From positions 496,001 to 560,000 of the forward strand of contig NOWV01000016.1 of NCBI GenBank assembly GCA_003344405.1: a stretch of 64,000 nt of DNA. Reading direction: 5' to 3'. Origin of the DNA: Trichoplax sp. H2 (taxonomy: Eukaryota). The notes beneath the pieces were generated by a model. That model ran no database searches. It worked only from the letters and a program-made list of their open reading frames with translations, and was not told the DNA's origin. The translations under genes were made by a program, and so were the position numbers. This document shows, piece after piece, positions 52,671 to 64,000 of this stretch (the first letter of the stretch is position 1; every line of letters begins with the position of its first letter).

Positions 52671-55600
52671 TCAAGACTGTAATAAATCCAAGATAGATCT
52701 CATTATGGTTAAAGACGTTTCCTGGTATCGCCTTTCATCTTGGTATCTCGTCTCTTCCCTCATTTGACGATAATTTTGAAGTTCAATTTCAAACTTCAAC
52801 CTTCTTTCTTCTTGCTCATAGAACTTACCTTGTATTTGCACTATTTCATGAAGATATTCCCCATACAGATTAATAGATTCATCCCTGAATGCTTCCTGGA
52901 AGGCATTCCTGTCTGTAAGAAGAATGACAGTATATACTTTGAGACATTTCTTATGTCATAATCATTGATACCTACTACTACAATTTGCAAGTAGCTAATA
53001 TTGTATAAACTTTGCGTAATGATTTCCATTTCAAAGCTTTTCTTATTAATATATTATAGTCTTGGGAAATAATAAACGACTAACTTCATAATCGTATATA
53101 TCTTTATACAGACCTGCTGAGTAGCTCTCTTCCGGCATAAAGTTTTTTGTTGTCGTTGTTATTCGTTGTGTAGATGTTGGAGATGTTTCAGAGCATAAAT
53201 CGCGGTTTAGATGACTATAGTTCATTTTTTCATTAGCAATGTAGCATTCTTGTTGGATATCATCTGTATCCTCTTGAATATCCAAGATAATATGACTTAA
53301 AAACTACCTATGAGGGACTAATTTTACATAGTGTTATCCCTACAAGAGTTAGCTTTCATTATATTTTATTTTCAGGTAGCAATCTAAATTGTTTTATAAT
53401 TGTAGATACTTCTTAACTGTTCTTAACGTCTATTAGCTATTCTACTTATAATACTACAATCATAATTCAGCATTTCTATCGCTAACCTATTTGTTCCGTA
53501 AGTATTGGAATTTCATATTCTTGATTATTGAAAACGGTTGTTGGTGAATCTTGGAAAGAATCTTTTAGCATCTCCCGCTCATTTTCCAAAGTATGGTCAT
53601 TCTCTTGTTGTAAATTTGTTGAATTTGTGCATCGAAAACTGCTAAAGCTTGATTTTGAAGAATCACCAATAAATTCATGAATCGAATTTGAATCACTCGT
53701 AGAGTTGTTAACTTCTTTTAGCAAATTTGTAGAATTTTCATATTCTAAAAGATTTAATGCTATCCTCTGTTTGGTGTTTGTCGTTAAATCGTTGGCCATC
53801 GATACTGTCTCAACTGGTAAACTTTCGGAAGAGTCTACTCCCTTTCGCTTAGTACTACGTTTTCTCAATACCATAGAAGATCTTACTGTAGTTGGAGATG
53901 ATTTCTTTCCAGTTTTAGAGAGAATTTGTAAAGGTCTTGTTAAATTTTTCCGTAATGGTGTTGGTCCCATCAGCCTATCCAATTCTTAGAAATATTTGCA
54001 ATATGTAACCAGACTGTCGCTTCGTTCTATGTATTACACACAATTAAGGTATTAATATCTCGTATAGGAAATATTATGAACATTTAAACAACCGTATGAG
54101 GTAATTTCCTATATCGTGAACCTCTGCTGTCAACGCAATTTAACTACCTTATTATTACATTCCGAATGTTGATAATCTTAGCACAAATGACCTATGTTTA
54201 ATCTCACGGTCATAAATCAATCGAAGTAAAAGATTTTCTTGATACCTCTGGTATAATTCAGTACAATATCGTTTGTAATCAATCACCTAAAAGTTTTCCG
54301 ATTGGCTGCTTATATCGGAATGCGGCTTCCGAATACCGTCCTGTTAATATACCTTTGTCGTAGTCCTGCAATAATGAATTCATGAACTAAAGCATTATGC
54401 ATAGACGTAGCCAGTTTAGCTTATACTTTTCATAACCCCATACGTTAATAAGTTTCCGCACGACTTCAGTTAACTCGGGGCATTAGCTCGGTTATTTACT
54501 TTTAAATCCATTATCAAAATAAGTGAGATAGGTAAATTTATAAAGTCAATTAAACGGTATGTGCAAACAAGCAAAAACTGGGCCGAAATGATCATTGAAA
54601 TTATTCTTTCGAATTTATGAATATTTGAGATGCGATAACTTGTATCTTTCATTAATTAATAGCCTATGAAAGACGAGAATCTGGAGGATTCTGCTGATGT
54701 ATAACGGAAAATAATGTGAAAAGAAAAAAGATGCTGCTATATATATTAAGTTGCATAATAGCTAAATCGTTATTTAATGTAGTGTGATAACATTCACATT
54801 ATCTCGTATATTAGCTTGCACAGTACTGTATTGGCTTTAGCGCTTGCTGTAATTTGATTTGTAAATGGCAATCGCTATATAAGATTTGAATCTCAATTTT
54901 AAAATCAACTTACTTTTCCAATGTAAGACATAACGTTATTATCTAATTTAGGATAATACATATGCATGAATACGCATATTATTGCATACTAGTTTTTAGC
55001 TACTGTTTACCTTACTAAAGATATGGCCTTTAAAATACTATTGCTAACCGTAAACGAAAAGAAGTATTAAATTAATGAGGTCTCGGACTCACGGCACTGC
55101 TATCTGTCGGGTTCTCGCATAAGCAGGTCAGTCTGAATATCGAACTGTTTGTCTATTTCTCTACTAATTACTCGTATAGCAGTTTCTCGGTAATCGGCGA
55201 TTAACATGCAGTATATCTTGCCTAAAACTATAGGCGTGAAAGCAATTTACACTAAGAGGAATCATTTAAGGATTGCATGCCCTAATTAGGATTTTCTTCT
55301 CTAATTACGTAGATTTTGTGAAATTGCTCATAGTGCTTTGCACCGTAATAGTTAACCTTCATGCTATAATTTAACCCCATTATGCTAGGGCTTTTTCGTA
55401 GTCAATCATTATCGTATACGGTATGAGCTAATGAACACTGCTTACGTATGACCGTATGAACATATAAGAAAGATGAGTTAATTTGACGGTTAACCTTATT
55501 ATCATGTTTTATTCCATGAGATGAAACCTTACAGTTCCAGTGATACTTTCTGTAACCCTATGTTTGCAATTTACTAAAATCATGCAAAAGAGCTAATTAG

Positions 55601-56614
55601 AATAAAAACATTTGAAGAATGTAGATTTGTCGCACAAACGCCATTTTTGGCTCACAAGCAGTGAAGGATAAGAATGACTTAAAAACACTACAATTTTATA
55701 TGATTATAATTATTTATAATCTTTAATTTGGAAGATAATATTCAATCCAGTCAGATTATTATAAAGCCAATCGAAATGCTGAAATTTAGTATGGCAACAT
55801 TTATTGGTTTAACGTTTTAATAAGTGAAAAATTTGTAATTGAACTTGTGCTTAATTATGATTAATAAGAAGGGAATTCACTATCTTCAACATATATTACT
55901 GTTGCCAATCATTATTATAAGGGAATATTATTTTAGCACGGCTACATTCCATTAAAAACTGCTTACATGACAATACTTATTTTACCCAAAATACTAACAT
56001 CATCAAAGAGCTACTTTAAAACAGTTATTCCTATAGTTACGATAGGTCACCAGTAAACAACTTAATTAACAGATAGAAGCTAATTCATAATTATAAGACT
56101 AACTATACGAGCGCATTAAATGATATACCACTCAATTACGCAAAAAACACACCGAAGCAAATTATTTAAGAGATTAAACAGCAAAGGGGAAGATTAGCGT
56201 GAAATCTATCTGTTTGTTACTGGTTAGATTAACGGACTAGTATTCCAAATAAGAATCTATTAAAGTGCTTCACTAAGTTATCCTTTCTGCCCAAGCCAAA
56301 ACAACATCCTAACAGAAAAGAAACGGTAAATATTTTCAGGTAATTTTAAAGGATATTAGGAACTTATACAGTACGTTATCATACATTAATGAACAGATCA
56401 ATTGAAAATCTATGTTTAAAAATAAATTTACTTTGGAGTAAAATCGTAAAGAATACGCCTGTTACGTATTACATGTTTTAGTATTAAAAGAGGTCGTAAA
56501 ATATGACTGCCATTGGATTAAATGATACCGCTTCTTGCGATTAAAATCAATTTAGTAAACCTCTAAAACTCCAGATACAGTATTGTAACAAGGGACACCT
56601 ACAACAGCAGTCAT
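52671..56614 (-). CDS. Uncharacterised protein, possibly Myb/SANT-like DNA-binding, with a low-complexity middle and C-terminal coiled coil
   Basis: Frame-consistent 3' exons 54365-54287, 53984-53487, 53272-53114, 52912-52671 (…GKLLELDRLMG…EQEERRLKFEIELQNYRQMREETRYQDERRYQET…LLQS*). The 5' exons are tentative (56614-56561 MTAVVG…, DVVLAWAE near 56300, NNDWQQ near 55910, VTESITG near 55530) and not fully joined. Confidence 0.5.
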
Positions 56615-57068
56615 GACATAAAAATTGCACAGTCCTGTAACGTAACTTAGTATTGGATTGTAGATTATTAGCCATTTTCAGTATGAAATACGGTATAGTA
56701 GCTTTCAACACTTATCATAAGCCTTTTTTAGTAGCCTGTAGCCATAGATTGTAATTGAAGATTCTATGTTAGAATACAGGTGACTATATACTGTACTGTA
56801 CAGTAGGGTGTTAAGTCACTATAGATTCTAGAGACAAAAATAGATATGTAACTCATATACTAGGATATGGTTGGTTCATCGTACTTTGGCTGGTAAAAAT
56901 AATGTCTACGTAAATACTGCAGCAGTTACCATATTAGATTATATAGATAGTCCGCTGTTAAACGTTGTTACTAATAATAATCTGAATAACTGTAAAATAA
57001 GGTAGAATGTTGCTATGCAGATTATAGCTGTCAATGCTACGAAGAGTATTCAAGTAGGCAACTTTAGC

Positions 57069-60000
57069 TTATTCAGTACTTCTGTCTAAAAGTCTTTCTA
57101 GTAATTGTATCCAGGTAGAATAGAGCTGTGCGTAGATTAATTATCTTTGCGTAAAGATCTAATAATTTTCTACAAATTTTGAAATTTCTTAATCGGTTTT
57201 ATCACATGTCCTAACTTGCAATATCAAATAGATCACTTACATTCCCTTGTATGAAAGCGGTTCCCACACCTGTTGTCGTGTCAGTTACTGAGGAAGAAAA
57301 AGATATGACCATTACATTCTATTTACATGGCTTTTTAGTAGATTGCTCGTGTATTTATAATCTCGATAATACTAATACTAATCGAATCATTTTATTTCAC
57401 TACGATAAATTAGTACATATCCAAGAAGCGTAAGTAAATGAAGTTTAAGGCCAAACAAATCGCCTAAATCTTCACTTGTACGGTAGTACTTTAGACAGGA
57501 ACAAATCTATTCAAAGTGCGTTATTATAGCTTACTTGCTGAACGAATTTTGATGACGATTATAATAAATATCCGAGTAGAAAAGAAAGCAAATTTTAGTA
57601 ATACTGTACATAAGGCTTGCAATCTTATATAACTAGTAGTTTCGTCGACAAATTTAAATTTAAAGCAGTTAATAATCCAATAAATAATAGATCAATAAGA
57701 AAATTTTCAGTTTTTGAAATTAAGGAATACAAATTTTATCGACATAAACGTTATTTCTAGTTACACTTACCTGCTGTAATATTTTCAACATTAGGACGTT
57801 ATCGGAAAAGGAAAAAAATCATAACGAATGTTAGATTAAGGAATATTCTATAATTTACTTTTGACTGGTCAACGTCGGACCTTTTCAATACTGTATTAAG
57901 TGCATAATATGATTCAACTCACTATCTCTGTTGTAACATTGTGTGCTTTCATTGGCGCTTTTCCTTTCATAGGGGGTTGTCCTTTCATAGGTGGCTTCGT
58001 CCAACTGAGGGTGATAAACGAAAGCAAAATTAATTAGTTCCATATTGAAAAACTGGTTTACACAATTACCTTTAGAGTATAAATTGAAAGATTTATTAAT
58101 ATGAGTTTTGTGTAATATTTATGACCATTCCGACTCGAGTTTGTAATATGATGATATAATTATATTATTCCCTATGATATAGAAGGTACCGGTACTGAAG
58201 CCATTCGTCTTTATATTATTACAACTAATTGCTAGAATAGCTATTGCCGGTAATTGCAGTATAATAGTTTTGATAGTCAGTACCTTTAGGTTATTGTCAC
58301 ATAACATACAAAACAACTATCACAATTGAATTTAGCTAGCAATGTTTTTGTATACTGCTGATATGCAGATATTACACAGTGGTATCCTACGATGTAGTCA
58401 CCGTTAATCTTATAAATCAAGACAAATTGTAATCCTCTAGAAAACTACTATAATCCCAAATAATCTGTAGAGAAAACTTATTGATGAAAACAAGAGCGCA
58501 AAGCATAGCATAAATATCAATATTTACCCGCTATTGTGCAATAAGGTTGCAGTAGCCATGAAAAGAGTGAAGAATAACATAATTAGTAATTCCTTATTGC
58601 AAAATGATAAAATTTTTTCCGATATGTTATATAACTAATTCTAATCTATAAGTATTTAATATTTGATGATAGCAATGATATCACTGATCAATTACAAATA
58701 TATCAAGTGCAAAGCATCATCTATTAATACTAACGTAACCATCGATATATTTAATTGGTGCATGTTCTACGATTACATCATCAATATCGCATTTAACTTT
58801 GATGATCTAAATATATAATTGCATTACTAGTCCACGGCATTTGATTAAATTGATGCTTTCTACGAATAGGTTAGGGGTAGTAATGTAATGAATTACTCAA
58901 ATATGCAGTGTCTTTATACATGCATATTAGTGATCTCATTTAACTAGTTACATTATGAGTACTCACAATCTGGGTTCCAGGAATTGAAATTTATTTGAGT
59001 GATGATTTGAAATTAGAAAATTTAACAACTTGTAAGAATGAGACTTTACGTTTCCAAGACTTAACGTAACATTAAGACTACTACCATACATTGCTGTTGC
59101 TGGTACATGTTATTACATGATTACTAGGTACTTTATTCAGCTAGTAATAGTAACAAAGTATACCATAAACGCATAGCCTATGTTACTTACTTCCTATATT
59201 ATTGTAAATTCGCAGTGCGATAAAATTATCGACAAAAACCAATTCCAAGGTCGTCCGAAAATGACCATGTGAGGGGAAAAAATTGGGAGTATGTCATAAA
59301 AGTATTATAACAACTATGAAATCTATGCTACTATGCTAGCTATTGAGATAACAGAGTATGATCATTATATTAGAGTAGGCATGAAATTATAAAAATAAAA
59401 TCGCAAATAACTTTAACATCGTTTCACAGCTGTGCCTATTTGACGTACGATTAAGTAAAATTAAGACTAACAATTATGGAATTAAGTTCAAGATTACTAC
59501 CTTACTAATGTCATAGTCACTCATGAAATGATTTATCCTACTAAGGTTATACAATACTGTACCATTACACGTATTTCTCGATGGGCGCCGAGATAAATAC
59601 AGTAGATAGATTTTAATCGTGTATTGTAGATGGTAATACCTTCATACAATACAGCAGTCTCTACACTACTATAAATAAGATTACCATTCATTGCCGAATG
59701 ATTACTTATACTATTCCGTATGTAAAAGATATTATCTAAATCAAAATAGTTATTGACATAGATTATGTAAGAGATATCATTACTACTTTGTATTAACTGA
59801 AAATTTACAACCGCTTTCATTTCTTGATATATTATCCAGCGACATTACAACGAAGAAATATAATCGTTATTTTTTAAGTGACTAGACATCTACGTTACTT
59901 ACCGGCTGCCATATCGTCGAAGGATGCGTGAAGTAATTAGCGAGAACGGATAAAAATTTAATACAACCAGTACTAACAGTTAGCAACAATTTGCTATAAA

Positions 60001-63000
60001 AGCACAAACATAGAACTTCTATATGTAAATCTACATAAGTACTGCCGTTAAATATTCTAAGCACTCATAAACTGCAGTATATAGACTATCCTAAATAGTA
60101 TGCTTGTTTTTATAAATAACCTAATTCTCATTGGCGAACTATTGCTATCATTACCAAATTTAAAATTAACTTGATTGGTATTATCATGTACGTAATGCTG
60201 TACATAACTATCTACATAATACTTGAACATTATCACTATATTGGTCGTGGCTATAGCATAAGATTTAGAATGCAACGCTCCAACCATCTATAATAACTGT
60301 AGCATTTTAATAAGTCAAATGACCGACTTTCTTTTATACTCTGATATCAAAAAGTCGAATACTGTATACTTTTTACTAAACTCAGGCAAATACAATGTAC
60401 TATGCAAGACCTAGTATAACTTCTTTACTAGATGCATCATAACGATTATCACGTACAATTTTACAACCATTTTACTTACCACCTTTAATTAGCATTCATT
60501 CATGATTAATTATCGAAACAGATAAATATAAAAATGATGAAAGAAGCAATTTTTAGTATACAAATACAACAATCATTTGACTAATAATGACATATTAAGA
60601 TTGACATATTTCAACCACTAACTCTATTCTAACGTAGACAACCAATTTGCTATTAACATATCTAATACAAATTTGCCTTTAGGTTAACTTTGCATACTCC
60701 ACGAAATTAAATAAAATAGTAAATCTTAAGACTGATCACATTTGTAATAATAGTAGATAAATCAGCTTACTTACTTTCTAGATTTTATTCGATAAGCACA
60801 TACGAGGATTGAGAATTAATATGGAAGAAAATGAGTTAAACCGACAAAATCAGAATACAAAAGCTTCCTTATATTGAAAGAACTGAATAATTCACTCTTA
60901 AGTAAATAATGTCGTCTAACATATATATATATAATTTGTAGTAGTATCCTGACCAAAATTGGTGTAAAATTTTCTATTATACTTACGCCCTATATCGTAC
61001 GTCAAAAGCCAAATACATTTAGATTTGAGGAATGCGGAATATGCAAATGCAAAATTTCCAGTTATTTAGTACAAAGTAAGTAAGCTATTATCCTTTATTT
61101 TTTACAGGTATATCGCCATATAATATTGCTGTTATAGTAAATATTCCGTCAAAATTTACTTATTGTCAATTAATAGGATTTTTAAATTAATGTTATGTAA
61201 CATTCATTTTTATTACAAACGCTATAGTTCAGTAAAAAAAAGTGCTGTAATACTATAGTCTACTGTAGATTAATTCATTGGATATATACGTACCATCTAT
61301 CGGTTTTATTCGTAACAGAGCCGAGAAAGTTGAAAGAAAACAATAGAAAACAAGATTGTAACCATTACTTCAATTTTGAGATTCACTGCAGAGCAGTGGT
61401 ATGTAAAGATTTATACAGTCACTAATTTATAGCAATCGCTAGCCATACGTAAGAGTACTTTATAAAGAATAGTTAATCGAAATGGAATTAAAAATTAAAT
61501 CCTTTAAAGCTTTAATTATTTGCTACATCATATAAGTGTCATCTGCGCATATATCCGATTAAACTATAACAAAAAATTCAAAATATTTTTTCGGTAGCTG
61601 TAAGTTAGCTTGAACAGTCATAAACGTTTTCAAACTTACAATCTATTGGTAGATTGATCGTGTAATTTTCACGGCAGGATTGGAGAAAGAGTGTAACGAA
61701 AGTATAAATCAAAAATAGGCGAAGTGGTTAGGATATGAATATAACTCCTTCTCGGGTCACACAACCTCCTCTTATGGTATCTAATTTGCTAATAATATTT
61801 CAGCTCAGACAATATAGTACTTAATGGATAGTTACAGTATATCATATTATACCACTCCGCTGGCGTATTGTTCACATAACACATCAAAATTTATTATTTC
61901 CAACACTAATGACACGAAGCTGACAAAAATAAAGACTACATGTGGCATGTAAGAGATGACCTTGCGTAGATTTACGAGAGACAATTTATAACCAATCTCA
62001 CTAAACACATCTCTAGTGCTACGTTATCGTAACATGATAATTCGTATGTATAGGTAGGTGTTACGAAGCCTCTGAGTCATTTCATGTAAGACGATTCTAT
62101 CAACCATGCTCTACCAATGTAGGCTAGATTATATTCCATTATTAAGATCGATCCTTCGATGACTATTCTACCTACTTTCTATAAAATATCATTTAATAAA
62201 AAATCAGTAACAATTAGTACTATCAAAACTAATAAAACAATAACTTTAAACGAGATTAGGGTGAAGTTCTAGTACCTGTATATAATAACTATCGAGGACT
62301 TCTAAAAGTCCTCTTGAACTTATATACAGTATGACATAGTACACACTGTGATATGTAAATGTACATAATATGCAATGATGAAAACTGCCTAAATATCAAT
62401 TTTTTACTTTAATGAACAAAAGCTTCAATAATCTACCACTGATAACGTATATTCTGTCAACGTCAATATAAGCTTACTTCCTAAAGAATTGCGTCCAATG
62501 CCACCACGATTGCAATATTGCAATATTACGAAAATAAGAGCTCAAGATCAGTATACATTACTTAGGCCATAACATTGAAAATTGTAAATACAACAAATTT
62601 ACTATTACGAACTTTGTACAACAATACAATCAAAGTGATTTTGTAGCTACAGAAGCTTCATTTTATATTGATTTGCCTTAATTATGTTAATTAAAAAAGA
62701 CATAATGAATCTGAAGTATCTATTACACAAGATTACAGCATAGCTAGTCAGATATAGATTGACTGCTAATATCCTTTCAACCAGTCATCAAACTATAGTT
62801 TTTGGCTATATAAATTATATAATATTTCGAAAGAATAACAGTAAATCATATAGTAATTAATTACTTACTTCCTAGAATTTCCAAAGGTGACGTTATTTAT
62901 TAAAAGGGAATAAAAAAAGCATTCTGTTAGCTTGTATAGCAGTTAACGGATAAATCTTAAATAAGAATAGAATTACATATAATTTTGCAATCCTATCTAG

Positions 63001-64000
63001 ATTAAGTTTGCTTATTACAGTATGCTATGCATCATAAAACAATAAAAATAAATCATAAATTACAATATTTTACAAAAGAGGTATTAGACGTCTATTATAC
63101 AGTATTTAATCGTACAAGTACATTACAAGGTATCGCAGGAAGAAGTATAGAGGTTAATCAAATTGATGTTACGTATCCCATTGCAGATCTATTCTTTGTG
63201 AATTACTGCATTTCATCACATATCATATCCCATATCCGCATATTTATTCATAAATACACTATGCATACAGTATATCGTATTCACTTTCATAGATAAAATC
63301 TACTTACTTGCTGTTATGATTGCCCAAATTTAAAGGTAAGTAAACGGTTGATGTATAATTTATTGCAGAGACAGACACACAAAATAAAGTTAGGAATGTC
63401 AGTACAATACTTTTACATTAAATTATACCACATCCGTGAAAATCTTTGCCCAAAAAAATCAAATTTAGAATTCATTATAACTTACTCGCTAAATTTTCAT
63501 ATTCCATTAGTGATCAGAATTTCATAAAGGTAAAGGAAAGATAATAAAATCTTATCGTCAATATCAGTATTTATCAGCGATTGTACCACATAGTTTCAAG
63601 CGATTAACATAACACTATATTAACGATGATATCCACTTCAGGCGTTCAACTAGGCAACATATTACTTTCTACCAATGCAATAATACTACGGTAGATCCTT
63701 TATGACGTACTATTATTAAATATACAGTATAATATTGACTTAATAACAAATTTCAACAAGAAGATTCGTTAATCATTCGTGATATTAAATAATATCCAGA
63801 ATCACTTTATGTGCCCAGTGAAGTATTATCGCTCCACTTACAATATCGTATAAAGATTGTGACTGCAAGTCTAACCTAGTGATACTTAAACTTAAACATG
63901 TCGTTTAATGCTATGTATAAACTAAAGAGAAGTATGCTATAGATAGTCATCGTAGAGATGTAACGCAAAGCATTCACATGATCAACGATAGTACTTACGC
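57069..64000 (-). CDS. 3' part of an uncharacterised micro-exon gene (array of 3-nt exons); continues beyond the window
   Basis: About 17 AG-NNN-GT units plus larger exons 63862-63842, 58004-57923, 57287-57241, 57125-57069. Concatenation gives an open frame ending LYSTWIQLLERLLDRSTE*. Confidence 0.6.

Noticed and set aside
53640-53700. FIGDSSKS resembling the Cdc25 LIGDFSK motif
   Set aside because: No rhodanese domain or HCxxSxxR motif follows in any downstream exon.

Overview
AT-rich, intron-dense eukaryotic (animal) genomic DNA. Short GT-AG introns, compact head-to-head gene pairs and TACTGTACAGTA-rich promoters suggest a placozoan such as Trichoplax; this is inference, not proof. Hand-spliced genes: SEC22B (partial), SRD5A3, EDEM3, GTF2B/TFIIB, a C12orf57/C10 homologue, SPOUT1, EIF3G, POFUT1, PTPA, an intronless IER-family gene and an uncharacterised, possibly Myb/SANT-like gene. 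There are also several tandem repeats and three 20-N gaps with duplicated flanks. Three highlights. (1) An array of about 17 three-nucleotide microexon signatures (AG-NNN-GT) on the minus strand at 57.5-64 kb that splice into an open frame. (2) A telomerase-RNA-like locus at about 33309-33797, with a TATA box, boundary hairpin, CTAACCCTAAC template, CR4/5-like junction and H/ACA 3' domain. (3) An IER5L-like immediate-early gene next to PTPA, as in human, with TATA/Inr, two perfect CArG boxes and CRE, AP-1 and C/EBP sites.
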